Assembly: GCA_964354495.1 (NCBI GenBank)
Contig: CAYHAA010000012.1
Span: 1 to 32,000, forward strand
DNA: 32,000 nt
From: an uncultured archaeon
Lineage (GTDB): Archaea > Asgardarchaeota > Thorarchaeia > Thorarchaeales > Thorarchaeaceae
Reading direction: 5' to 3'
A program made the translations under genes and the position numbers. Shown here piece by piece: positions 1 through 9,093 of this stretch (position 1 is the first letter of the stretch; each line of letters starts with the position of its first letter). The notes under the pieces are model-generated. The model did not search any database. It worked only from the letters and a program-made list of their open reading frames with translations, and was not told the DNA's origin.

Positions 1-425
1 GGAATCAATTCATTGTGCTTGTTGTGAAGAGTGAAGATGAGATCTGCACCATCATCAAGCGTAAGCGTTGGTTTACTCTTCAGAGTCTGCTCGATACACC
101 AATAGTATTCTTCATTGGTCAGTCCATGCCACGCAAAGACTGGCACATTATTGGCAGCAAGGGCAGCAGCTACCTTGTCATTTGTCGAGAGTGGATTGCA
201 TCCTGACCAAGCAACCTCAGCTCCAGCAGCTCGCAGCGTTTCTACTAGAACTGCAGTTTCCTTGGTCACATGTAGACATCCAGCAATTCTCATTCCCTTC
301 AAGGGTTTTGTCTTGGAATATTTCTCCCTCAGATGCATGAGAACAGGCATGTGTTTCTCTGCATAGTCAATGAGGTCTCTGCCTTCCTTTGCAAGGCTCA
401 TATCTTTGACCTTATACTCAACCAT
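1..425 (-). CDS. ahcY: Adenosylhomocysteinase (SAH hydrolase), N-terminal part; runs off the left edge of the window
   Basis: Not in the ORF track. Manual translation from ATG at 425: [29 protein letters not shown]...[18 protein letters not shown]...[11 protein letters not shown]...VFAWHG...LDDGADL. These are hallmark AhcY motifs (GCLHxTxET, CNPLST, DDGAD). Confidence 0.95.
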   Translation of the reverse strand, partial: MVEYKVKDMSLAKEGRDLIDYAEKHMPVLMHLREKYSKTKPLKGMRIAGCLHVTKETAVLVETLRAAGAEVAWSGCNPLSTNDKVAAALAANNVPVFAWHGLTNEEYYWCIEQTLKSKPTLTLDDGADLIFTLHNKHNELI

Positions 426-514
426 CGTGGATCACGAGCTTGGTAGAAAACCGGCAAGTATATGAATATTCCATAGCGAATCAGAATGAAGTGCACAGGA
501 AGAGAGTGATTAGC

Positions 515-1453
515 ATGGAAATGATGCCATCAGATGTAGAGCGCCATCTCCTTGAGGCTATCGTGCGAAATTCTCGGGATACTCCTGCAATTCTGGGCCA
601 GTCAGTTGGCAAGAGCCGGAACTGGGTATCGCGCACTATCAGAGGATTCGTGAGGAGAGGTATCATACGGGGTTACACGACGATTATTGATCCTGCTCAG
701 GTTCAGGGTGCAAGAGTCACAGTTCTATTCATGAAGAGCAATCCTCGCGAACAGGATGTGAGCGAGAAGCTCATGGAGATAGAAGAACTTGAGTCACTCG
801 ACGGGATTGCTGGTGATTTCTCACTTCTCGGATTCTTCCGATTTGATCGTCAGGGTGCATTTGAGGATTTACTGGACCGAGTGGATAGCGTGGTGGCAAC
901 TTCGGGGGCTGGAAAGTACAATCTGGTCCAAGTACTTACTATATACATGAAGAACCGGTTCAGAATCATCCCCAATGACTCTTCGGAGTCTTACCTCTCT
1001 CAGAAAGAGCTCGCACTCCTTAGGATAATATACTGTCATAAACCAACTCTTGAAAGCCCTTTCCCGCTGACTCAGGAAGAGATTGGTTCTCGGATGAATC
1101 CCCCCCTTAGTCAACCTGCAGTTTCGAAATCTATTGAGAAGCTCTTGACAAAACGTGCAATAATTGGCTACTCTATAAACACGAATTTTTCCCTAATTGG
1201 CCTGCCTGTGAAGTTCTTTGTCAGAATAAAAGTGAGTCCCGGAACTGCGAGTGATATCGCGCAGAAGCTCACTAGTATGCGCGAAGTATGGGACCTCTAT
1301 CGTACAAGCGAAGATTATAGCCTTCTTGCCATGGTCAGAACAAGTAGCGTCATGACCTTCAACCAGTTTCTCAGACGATTGTATGAGAGTGAGGATGTCC
1401 TGGATACTGAGTCTTACATTTCGTTAGAAGAGTGGTTCCTCCCCATTAGATGA
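515..1453 (+). CDS. Tandem (double) Lrp/AsnC-family transcriptional regulator
   Basis: Two HTH + RAM units: ILGQSVGKSRNWVSRTIRGFVRRGIIRGYTTIIDP and SQPAVSKSIEKLLTKRAIIGYSINTNFSLIG...WDLYRTSEDYSLL. ATG at 515 preferred over the track's TTG at 440, which would leave only 14 bp to the divergent ahcY start. Confidence 0.8.
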   Translation: MEMMPSDVERHLLEAIVRNSRDTPAILGQSVGKSRNWVSRTIRGFVRRGIIRGYTTIIDPAQVQGARVTVLFMKSNPREQDVSEKLMEIEELESLDGIAGDFSLLGFFRFDRQGAFEDLLDRVDSVVATSGAGKYNLVQVLTIYMKNRFRIIPNDSSESYLSQKELALLRIIYCHKPTLESPFPLTQEEIGSRMNPPLSQPAVSKSIEKLLTKRAIIGYSINTNFSLIGLPVKFFVRIKVSPGTASDIAQKLTSMREVWDLYRTSEDYSLLAMVRTSSVMTFNQFLRRLYESEDVLDTESYISLEEWFLPIR

Positions 1454-1596
1454 AATTCTAGGCATCTATCATGCCGTGTTTTTTCACCACTGTAGTATCT
1501 TTAACCACTCCTCTTTATCCGAGAAATGGAGGACGAGCCATCATGATAGATGTATAGGTTTCATTTCGGTTCAAAGACCTCTCTTTATTATATGTA

Positions 1597-3654
1597 CTAG
1601 AAACTCCATACATGGAATGAGGTTTCTCCATATTGGAAAGCCCGATATTCAGTTATCCCAAAGAAAGAATATCTTTCTATTAGTTCGTCAATGACAGCTG
1701 TTGCATTTGCCAAATCAAGCTGACAGAACTTTGCATCGGGCATCGCGAGGATGGAATAGCTGTTGTTTCTCAGATATTCAATGAAATAGCCTGCAGATTC
1801 ATCACCCTCATCAGGAGCCCAAGGATCCCCGAAGCCACTCATGGTATAGTAATAGTCCCCGTAATTCCTCATGTAGTAGTTGAATCCACTTTGCCCGAAT
1901 CTTGAGTAGAGAAGACTAGAGTTCCCATTGATGATACTATGAACATATTCTGCGGCCTCATCATATGCTAGATACTCGTTATTCACAGAATAGTGAATCT
2001 GCTGCGGAATAGAAATCGCCCGTTCTCCTACTCCAGCAGCGAATGAGGTAAGTAGAATAATAGTCACGCTCAGCACTGCGATCTTCTTGACACTCTGAAT
2101 TGACGGTGTTGGTATTCCTTTCTTTCCAGCTGCTCTTGAATCTGTGATAATCTTCAGCGTTTCCTGCAGAAATGCTCCAATAAGGAAAAGCGATGAGATT
2201 GCAAGTAAAGACAAAGCTGGTACAAAAAAGCGATCAACTACATGAGGCCAACCTGCATCAAGCGTGAAGAATGCATACCAAGAAGCGTATGTTAGAGTAA
2301 TAGTAAACAGAATCCATGAGCGTTTCCAGACAGCAAGAAGAAACACCAGAAAAATGCTTCCATATCCGAGCGTTCCCCAAAAGACTCCCATTTGAAGATC
2401 AAGCCTAAAGAGATAGTCAAATAGACTGGGTGGTAGAAGATATGTTGGATCTGGGACATACTCCCGACTCACCATTCCTCCCAATTGTACAATTATGAGC
2501 CATGGGCCGAATATTGTTAAGTATAGTAGACAGGATTTGAACCACAGTGTCAGACTCTTTGCATGATTGGATCTGGATATCGCCCATAGCAATAGGATGA
2601 ACACAAAAACAGCGGCTTGAACAAGAATCACATTTTTCCATAAGCTTCCAGTTGCGAGTGATAGAAACAGGGAAAGAAGATAGATGTTGCTGACATTGTT
2701 TCCTGAGGATTTGAAGAATCGGATGAGTAAGAAACAATTCAATGTAAAGAACATCGCCACTCCCGCGGTCAGCATGATTTGAGCAGAGAATACTATCGTT
2801 GGCGTGTAGAGGAGGAAAATCCACCCTGCCACCATCCCCAGTATCTTATGAATTCTGTTTGCTTGCTGCCCCTGCCCCGAGAAGGCTTCCAGGAGGTCTG
2901 ATGTGATTTTCATGATGAACACTGCGGACAGTACCATAAGCAGCACATCAAACAACCTTAGAATCAATAGAGTGACATCTGTGTAACCAAAGAGAAGGAG
3001 TGGCGCCACGTAGGATACTGGCTGTAGCGGACCGAATCTTGCAATATCCCACTCATGTACTACAAAGGATGATGATAGAACAACTAGTGCGCAGAATGCG
3101 CCTCCGATTATTATGTGGGCAACGCGCGACAGCATAGTCTTCTCAAACAAGGAGCGGAAGAACGACTGAATCCGATTCTCTCCTATTATGCCAGCTGCGA
3201 TCAGAATCACTATTGACAGAACAATAACAGCGAGGGAAATAGCAATCCCGACTAATGTCGAATCCAAACGAGAACCAAGTGTGAGTATCCTCTCGAGAAA
3301 CGCGATTCTTCCAAGATGGACTGGTTCATCATCAATTGGTTTTATCGGGGCGAGCAAAAGAGGAAGTAGCAGCAAGGCGTATGCGAATGATGTGCCTGCA
3401 AAGTAACCTACTGTCACTCCATTTCTCTTCAACAGAAACACAATGTCGATCTTCTTGCTTGGTTCGCCTAGAATGTCAGTTAAGAGGTATCCCAGAATCT
3501 CAGGTATGATGAATGCGATTGTAAAAACAAATGCGATTTGCAGTATTATTCCATCTATTAGCATCCAAATCGGGAACAGGAGATAACATGCAATGAGAAG
3601 TACGTATGTAGAGGCTCTCAGTAAGGTTTGGTACGATATGTGACCGATTTCCAA
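1597..3654 (-). CDS. Multi-pass membrane protein, probable GT-C-fold (ArnT/PMT_2-like) glycosyltransferase
   Basis: More than 12 hydrophobic segments. Acidic loop motif PIDDEPVH, then LRLFDVLL, TGSLWKN and DRFFVPALSLLAI (RYxxPxxP-like), plus a soluble C-terminal domain. Sits in a sugar-nucleotide/GT2 locus. TTG start uncertain. Confidence 0.65.
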   Translation of the reverse strand: MEIGHISYQTLLRASTYVLLIACYLLFPIWMLIDGIILQIAFVFTIAFIIPEILGYLLTDILGEPSKKIDIVFLLKRNGVTVGYFAGTSFAYALLLLPLLLAPIKPIDDEPVHLGRIAFLERILTLGSRLDSTLVGIAISLAVIVLSIVILIAAGIIGENRIQSFFRSLFEKTMLSRVAHIIIGGAFCALVVLSSSFVVHEWDIARFGPLQPVSYVAPLLLFGYTDVTLLILRLFDVLLMVLSAVFIMKITSDLLEAFSGQGQQANRIHKILGMVAGWIFLLYTPTIVFSAQIMLTAGVAMFFTLNCFLLIRFFKSSGNNVSNIYLLSLFLSLATGSLWKNVILVQAAVFVFILLLWAISRSNHAKSLTLWFKSCLLYLTIFGPWLIIVQLGGMVSREYVPDPTYLLPPSLFDYLFRLDLQMGVFWGTLGYGSIFLVFLLAVWKRSWILFTITLTYASWYAFFTLDAGWPHVVDRFFVPALSLLAISSLFLIGAFLQETLKIITDSRAAGKKGIPTPSIQSVKKIAVLSVTIILLTSFAAGVGERAISIPQQIHYSVNNEYLAYDEAAEYVHSIINGNSSLLYSRFGQSGFNYYMRNYGDYYYTMSGFGDPWAPDEGDESAGYFIEYLRNNSYSILAMPDAKFCQLDLANATAVIDELIERYSFFGITEYRAFQYGETSFHVWSF

Positions 3655-4070
3655 GAATGATGCATCCCTAGACCGTTCTAGAACTCGACAAAATTGGCGG
3701 TATAAAAAGGTTGCAGCTGACCTGAACCAATACTCGATTAGCTTACTTCATCAGATAAGTCATGGTGTACTGTGAGTGGACGCACTAGGTCGTGCCTTCA
3801 AACGGGCATCTGATTGTAGGGCATCAAAACGCTATGACGATGCAGTCAGCATTCTCAAGTCCGTATTAAAAGAAGATGAATTTGAAAGGCAGATTCGAAA
3901 TTAGTTCAACTGACGGGTTGGCAGCAGATACGAAGCTTCTAAGCTGGCGCAAGGGCTGTGTCTATCTCAGCTTGAATCAGATTAAAAGCACTATTCTTAA
4001 GATAGATTATCTTCAACCGAATGTATGCTTGTCTTGTTGGTTTTAGCTCCTGAAAACAACCGAGTAGTGA

Positions 4071-5363
4071 TTGCCAGTGAATGAAGAATCGATGATTCCG
4101 AAAGAAATTCTTGATCAACTAGAAAGGATATTCGAGGAACAAAAGAGGAAAAATGCATCATCATATGAGTTTCCACTTGTCAAACCAACATTTGATTTTG
4201 ACGAAATCAAGGAAGCACTCGAATCTCTTCTTTCGACTAAAGTGACAATGGGTGAAAAGGTACGTAATTTTGAAGCATCTTTTGCAAAATACATAGGTGT
4301 TCGTAATGCGATTATGGTCAACTCAGGTTCTTCAGCGAATCTTCTTGCTATGGCAATTCTATCAAATTCAAGTATTGAAAATCCACTAATGCCAAATGAC
4401 AAGGTGATAGTTCCCGCGTTGACGTGGCCAACGAGTGTGTATCCAATTGCTGATGTGGGTACATTGCCTGTATTTGCAGATTCGAAGCTTGCCACCCTGA
4501 ACTTGGACCCCGATTCGGTTAGAGCCGCCATGACCCCTGATGTTAGGGCAATCATGGCAGTCCACCTAATCGGAAATCCATGTGATATGAATGAGCTGAA
4601 TGAGATTTGTGATGAGCATGGACTATATCTTATTGAAGACTGCTGTGAAGCTCATGGGGCAGAATTCAATGGCAAGAAGGTAGGGTCATTTAGAGACCTA
4701 GGGACATATAGCTTCTTCTTCTCCCACCATATCTCTACCATCGAAGGTGGAATGGTTGTTACGGATAATGATGAGTATGCAGAACTTGCTAGAGCTCTTC
4801 GAGCCCATGGTTGGACCCGGGATCTAGTGAACCGCAAGAGGGTGGAGAGCAAATATGCAAATCGAGACCCTCGGTTCCTATTCATCAATCGGGGATACAA
4901 TCTGCGTCCGACCGAGATACAAGGCGCATTTGGAATTCACCAGATCAAGAAACTGGACGACTTTGTGAGGCTACGAAGAAGACATGCTTCTATCTTGCTT
5001 GATGCTCTAGCAGATGCAAAGATTGACATCCATGTACAACATGAGCAGGAGCGCGGAAAGCATAGCTGGTTTGGTTTTCCAATGGTTCTCAAAGAGGGGG
5101 ATTGGGCCAGCAGAAGCAAGGTCGTTGAGAGAATGGAAAAGCGGGGAGTCGAGACGAGAGTAGTAATGGGAGGCAATATGGAAGTTCAGCCCGCAAGGCA
5201 GACTTATCCCGCAATGGCTCCAGTGCCGTTGGGTGTAGCTAGTCATGTGGATCGTCTTGGAATGCTCATTGGAGTCCACGCAGAGATGACCGATGAGGAA
5301 TGTAATGACCTCTCGGAGAGAATCATCTCTGCACTGAGAGAGAAACAGACCGATTTGAGGTAA
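4071..5363 (+). CDS. colD: DegT/DnrJ-fold PLP enzyme, GDP-4-keto-6-deoxy-D-mannose 3-dehydratase (ColD)-like
   Basis: NSGSSANLL, EDCCEAHGA, SFFFSHHISTIEGG (His at the Schiff-base Lys position), LRAHGWTRDL, GYNLRP. Adjacent to fcl and gmd. Alternative ATG start at 4092. Confidence 0.8.
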   Translation: MPVNEESMIPKEILDQLERIFEEQKRKNASSYEFPLVKPTFDFDEIKEALESLLSTKVTMGEKVRNFEASFAKYIGVRNAIMVNSGSSANLLAMAILSNSSIENPLMPNDKVIVPALTWPTSVYPIADVGTLPVFADSKLATLNLDPDSVRAAMTPDVRAIMAVHLIGNPCDMNELNEICDEHGLYLIEDCCEAHGAEFNGKKVGSFRDLGTYSFFFSHHISTIEGGMVVTDNDEYAELARALRAHGWTRDLVNRKRVESKYANRDPRFLFINRGYNLRPTEIQGAFGIHQIKKLDDFVRLRRRHASILLDALADAKIDIHVQHEQERGKHSWFGFPMVLKEGDWASRSKVVERMEKRGVETRVVMGGNMEVQPARQTYPAMAPVPLGVASHVDRLGMLIGVHAEMTDEECNDLSERIISALREKQTDLR

Positions 5364-5368
5364 GTGAT

Positions 5369-6307
5369 ATGGAAAAGACAGACAGGATATATGTTGCGGG
5401 ACATAGAGGCATGGTTGGAGGAGCGATTCTCCGCAACTTGGAATCCTCCGGGTACACAGATGTCCTGACTGCTACAAGGGAGCAATTAGACCTGACGGAT
5501 CAACATGCTGTAAGAGCATGGTTTGAAGTGAATAGGCCAGATTATGTATTCCTTGCTGCAGCAAAAGTTGGGGGAATCCAAGCGAACATTTCTTCACCTG
5601 CGACCTTCATCTATGACAATCTGATGATTCAGACGAACGTTATTCATAGTGCATATCTGTCTAGTGTGAAGAAGCTCGAGTTCCTTGGGAGTTCCTGTAT
5701 CTATCCCAGAGAATCAAAACAACCGATGAAAGAAGAGTACATACTGACTGGTCCAATGGAACCGACAAATGAGGCATATGCAGTTGCCAAGATTGCAGGG
5801 TTGAAGATGTGCGAATTCTACAGAAGACAATACGGATTCAATGCAATCACAATCGTTCCGCCAAACCTCTACGGCCCTGGAGATGACTTCTCTATAGAGA
5901 AGTCTCATGTAATTGCAGCCCTCATACGGAGGTTCCATGAAGCAAAGATTCAGAGGAAAAAAAGCGTCACCCTCTGGGGAACAGGAAGCGCTCGAAGGGA
6001 GTTCATGTACGTTGATGACCTAGCGGATGCAGCTGTCTATTTGATGAACGAGTATGATGATGACCAGTTCATCAACGTGGGGACAAGTAGCGATATGTCA
6101 ATCCTTGAGCTTGCGGAATTGGTGAAAGAGACTGTTGGTTTCAAGGGCTCAATCAAACTTGACAGATCAAGACCTGATGGTATGCCAAGAAAACTAATGG
6201 ACAGCTCTAGGTTCGGTCGCATGACTTGGAATAGGATAACGGACATCCGGACAGGCCTGAGACTGACTTACGAATGGTTGCTGGCAAATGCAGAGGCCGT
6301 GCCATAG
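5369..6307 (+). CDS. fcl: GDP-L-fucose synthase / GDP-colitose synthase (ColC)-type epimerase-reductase
   Basis: YVAGHRGMVGGAI, FLAAAKVGGIQAN, FLGSSCIYP, EPTNEAYAVAK, PPNLYGPGD, WGTGSARREF, PDGMPRKLMD. Confidence 0.92.
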   Translation: MEKTDRIYVAGHRGMVGGAILRNLESSGYTDVLTATREQLDLTDQHAVRAWFEVNRPDYVFLAAAKVGGIQANISSPATFIYDNLMIQTNVIHSAYLSSVKKLEFLGSSCIYPRESKQPMKEEYILTGPMEPTNEAYAVAKIAGLKMCEFYRRQYGFNAITIVPPNLYGPGDDFSIEKSHVIAALIRRFHEAKIQRKKSVTLWGTGSARREFMYVDDLADAAVYLMNEYDDDQFINVGTSSDMSILELAELVKETVGFKGSIKLDRSRPDGMPRKLMDSSRFGRMTWNRITDIRTGLRLTYEWLLANAEAVP

Positions 6308-6309
6308 CT

Positions 6310-7365
6310 CTACCCCGGTGTTTCTTCACTATTACTCCACAGGAGACCGTTCTTCTTGAGGAACTCGATACCTTCACTTGGAGGCTCAAGTCCGACACTT
6401 AACATGTCATAATCAACCATTATCCTCACCAGTTCCTTGAATCTTACCTTTGGATTCCAGCCGAGCTTTTTCCGTGCCTTTGAGGGATCAGATAGAAGAT
6501 AGTTGACATCCGAGGGTCGCATGTAACGTTCGTCCTGTTTGATGTATTTCTCCCATTCAAGACCTGCGTAGGAGAACGCTTCAGTGATTAGATCTCTGAC
6601 GCTGTGGGACTCACCAACTCCGACAACATAGTCATCGGGCCTGTCAGCTTGCAGCATTTTCCACATGAGTTCAGTATACTCCGGAGCGTAACCCCAATCG
6701 CGTTTTGCATCCAGATTCCCAAAGTACAGGACATCGATCTTCTTTGCCAAGATTTCTGCGATCCCATGAGTCACTTTTCTCGTGACGAATGTCCTTCCAC
6801 GGCGGGGAGATTCATGATTAAAGAGAATTCCAGAGCAATTGAACATTCCATATGCTTCTCGATAATTCACTGTGACCCAGTGTGCATAGACTTTTGCAGC
6901 AGCATACGGACTCAACGGATGGAATATGGTCTGCTCATTCTGGGGAGGTGGACTTGCACCAAACATCTCAGACGATGATGCTTGATAATAGCGAACATCC
7001 AGTTTGCTCTGTCTGATTGCTTCTAACAGAGCAATGGTCCCAACACCATTCACCATTGCAGTGTATTGAGGAAGGTCAAATGATACACGAACATGACTCT
7101 GTGCTGCTAGATTGTAGACCTCATCAGGTTCAGTTTCCCGAATCAAGAGGCTCAACGAGGAGGCATCGGTCACATCGCCATAGTGCAACTTCAAATGTAC
7201 GTCAGCTTCATGAGGGTCTTGGAAGATGTGAGTTATCCTCTGTGTATTGAAAGTGCTAGTACGACGGATGACTCCATGGACGTCATATCCGCGTGACAAG
7301 AGAAACTCAGCGAGATATGATCCATCTTGTCCAGTGATTCCTGTGATAAAGGCAGTCTTACTCAT
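6310..7365 (-). CDS. gmd: GDP-mannose 4,6-dehydratase
   Basis: [70 protein letters not shown]. Confidence 0.97.
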   Translation of the reverse strand: MSKTAFITGITGQDGSYLAEFLLSRGYDVHGVIRRTSTFNTQRITHIFQDPHEADVHLKLHYGDVTDASSLSLLIRETEPDEVYNLAAQSHVRVSFDLPQYTAMVNGVGTIALLEAIRQSKLDVRYYQASSSEMFGASPPPQNEQTIFHPLSPYAAAKVYAHWVTVNYREAYGMFNCSGILFNHESPRRGRTFVTRKVTHGIAEILAKKIDVLYFGNLDAKRDWGYAPEYTELMWKMLQADRPDDYVVGVGESHSVRDLITEAFSYAGLEWEKYIKQDERYMRPSDVNYLLSDPSKARKKLGWNPKVRFKELVRIMVDYDMLSVGLEPPSEGIEFLKKNGLLWSNSEETPG

Positions 7366-7807
7366 TCATTTCATCCTCTAGAACTGAGTCTTCGTCTTTC
7401 ACTGATACGGGAGAGTAGACCAGAATTATACCCACCGCAATTGCGATTAGTCCTGCAGTATTCAAGTAATCAACTGACTCTGCAAATAACAATATGCCCA
7501 AAGTGAAGACTGTCATCACCGAGAAGGCCAAGAAGAATCCTTCCGATATTCCGAGTGGATTCTTTGACAGGACTACTCCCATGATTAACTTGGCAACCAA
7601 GGATAGGCCAAAGGCTGCAATAATCGGAGCACTAAGAATGAAGGCCAGCCAAAACTCACCCTCCAAGAGCCGTTCAAAAGTGCTACCAACGTCCATGTTT
7701 CCCATTTTCAGCAGGACATCACCGGCGCCATAGATTGCAGTAGCGATAAGAAGAGGAAACCAGAAGGTTGCTCGTGCATACGACGTCATCTTGTCCATCT
7801 CTATCAC
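7358..7807 (-). CDS. 4-TM SMR/EamA (DMT superfamily) protein, ArnE/ArnF-like
   Basis: Four hydrophobic helices with [27 protein letters not shown] and [12 protein letters not shown]. Start overlaps the upstream stop (GTGA); 3' end overlaps the gmd start by 8 bp. Confidence 0.72.
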   Translation of the reverse strand: MIEMDKMTSYARATFWFPLLIATAIYGAGDVLLKMGNMDVGSTFERLLEGEFWLAFILSAPIIAAFGLSLVAKLIMGVVLSKNPLGISEGFFLAFSVMTVFTLGILLFAESVDYLNTAGLIAIAVGIILVYSPVSVKDEDSVLEDEMNE

Positions 7808-8178
7808 ACCAAAAGGATTATTCCAATCGTGACTAGCGCAAATCCGACAAGCTGGATCTTTTTCAGGTCCTCATTGAATACGATACGACCAGCAAGTACT
7901 GAGAATACTGCGACTGAAGCCAAGTAGATTCCCCCTGCCAAGTAGAGCGGGTTTGATGCCAATATAATTCCATAGAGCCCTTTTACGGCCAGCGTGATGA
8001 ATAATGATAGAATCACAATTGGCGAAAAGAGAAAATGTTTCCAAGATTTCGTATCAAGACCTCTCTCTGATTCCGCAAATGAAGTCATCCCTCCCTTCTT
8101 GAATAGGATTTCTCCTATCACGTGAACAGAGGCGATTCCCATTAATATCAAGATAAGGGTTAGAGTCGCAGAATCCAT
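7804..8178 (-). CDS. 4-TM SMR/EamA (DMT superfamily) protein, ArnE/ArnF-like, paralog of the neighbour
   Basis: [39 protein letters not shown]; 124 aa; SD-like GGTGAG upstream of the ATG. Confidence 0.75.
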   Translation of the reverse strand: MDSATLTLILILMGIASVHVIGEILFKKGGMTSFAESERGLDTKSWKHFLFSPIVILSLFITLAVKGLYGIILASNPLYLAGGIYLASVAVFSVLAGRIVFNEDLKKIQLVGFALVTIGIILLV

Positions 8179-8211
8179 TAGCGATACTCACCGTACAGCA
8201 TTGCAGAGCGC

Positions 8212-8928
8212 TTATGGATACGCTTTATTAATGAATCTCCTCCGCAGAAGAAGTTCGCTCAGGAAGAGTTTCAAGTAAGACAGGCCTACATCAAAGGATT
8301 TCACCTTCGACACGCCTCCAATCCTCCTGTGTTCATGAGTAGGGATCTCGGTTATTCTCATATTGAGTTTTGAAGCGCGAATGGTCATCTGCATTTCAAC
8401 TTCAAATGTCGAGTGAGGCAGGTTGAGATCCTTCATTCTCTCTCTCCAGATGGCGCGAAAACCATTTACCGCATCGGTGACCTTGGCTCTGAAAATCAGT
8501 CGACAAATAGCTGTGAAGAAGAGATTTCCGAAGGTTCTCAGGATTCCTGCGTCATCACTTGTCCCACCCTTGCCGAAACGAGTGGCTATGACAAGATTGG
8601 ATGTCAATACTGCATCTAGGAGTCGCGGGATATCGTCTGGATCTTCATTTCCATCTGGACTGAAAAAGAGGAGAATATCTTCCTTACATTCTTCAAGAGC
8701 GATTAGGAAGGCGCTCCCACGCCCGGGAGATCGACGCTTGGCTACTCGTATTCCTTTGCTCTCCCAGAACTCCCGCGTGCCATCAGTGCTGCCTCCGTCA
8801 ACCAAGAGCGAATTGTCGAACAGAGTGTGAGGTATCTTGTCAGCAAGAGCTCGGGACCCATGAATCTCGTTGTATGTCAATATGATCAATGCCTTTGTGG
8901 GAGTATGCCCTCTCTCTATGATGACCAT
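8212..8928 (-). CDS. GT2 glycosyltransferase, DPM1/polyprenol-phosphate glycosyltransferase-like
   Basis: LTYNE, VDGGSTDGT, GRGSA, FFSPDGNEDP, VIATRF, TDAVNGFRA, FEVEMQM, EIPTHEHRRIGGVSK. Confidence 0.88.
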   Translation of the reverse strand: MVIIERGHTPTKALIILTYNEIHGSRALADKIPHTLFDNSLLVDGGSTDGTREFWESKGIRVAKRRSPGRGSAFLIALEECKEDILLFFSPDGNEDPDDIPRLLDAVLTSNLVIATRFGKGGTSDDAGILRTFGNLFFTAICRLIFRAKVTDAVNGFRAIWRERMKDLNLPHSTFEVEMQMTIRASKLNMRITEIPTHEHRRIGGVSKVKSFDVGLSYLKLFLSELLLRRRFINKAYP

Positions 8929-9093
8929 CGAAATATCTCCGTACGACAGCTGTTAGCATGCATCCTGATAGAAAAAGGGAATACTATAATAATCCATCAG
9001 TTTGAAAAATGAAACTCACAACGGGGAACATTTTTCCAGCAACTCATTTCGCATCAAAGCAGTTGATAAGGGAATGAGAGAGATGCGATAGTA

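Noticed and set aside
15-366. Three plus-strand ORFs (63, 90 and 83 aa)
   Set aside because: Antisense shadows of the ahcY coding region.
515-1453. Possible fused siroheme decarboxylase (AhbAB/NirDL), which also has a double Lrp-like fold
   Set aside because: Lacks the HNYxR/HCYxR motifs; the RAM regions look like ordinary Lrp.
1597-4500. Apparently AT-richer stretch suggesting horizontal transfer
   Set aside because: Hand counts of three 60-nt lines in colD gave 35%, 35% and 55% GC. This is too variable and too small a sample; a sliding-window GC/codon analysis is needed.
4071-5363. Ordinary DegT aminotransferase (e.g. perosamine synthase) or CDP-sugar E1 dehydrase
   Set aside because: No Schiff-base Lys, which argues against an aminotransferase. 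The motif is FFSHH rather than FYPAHH and the neighbours are GDP-mannose enzymes, which argues against E1.
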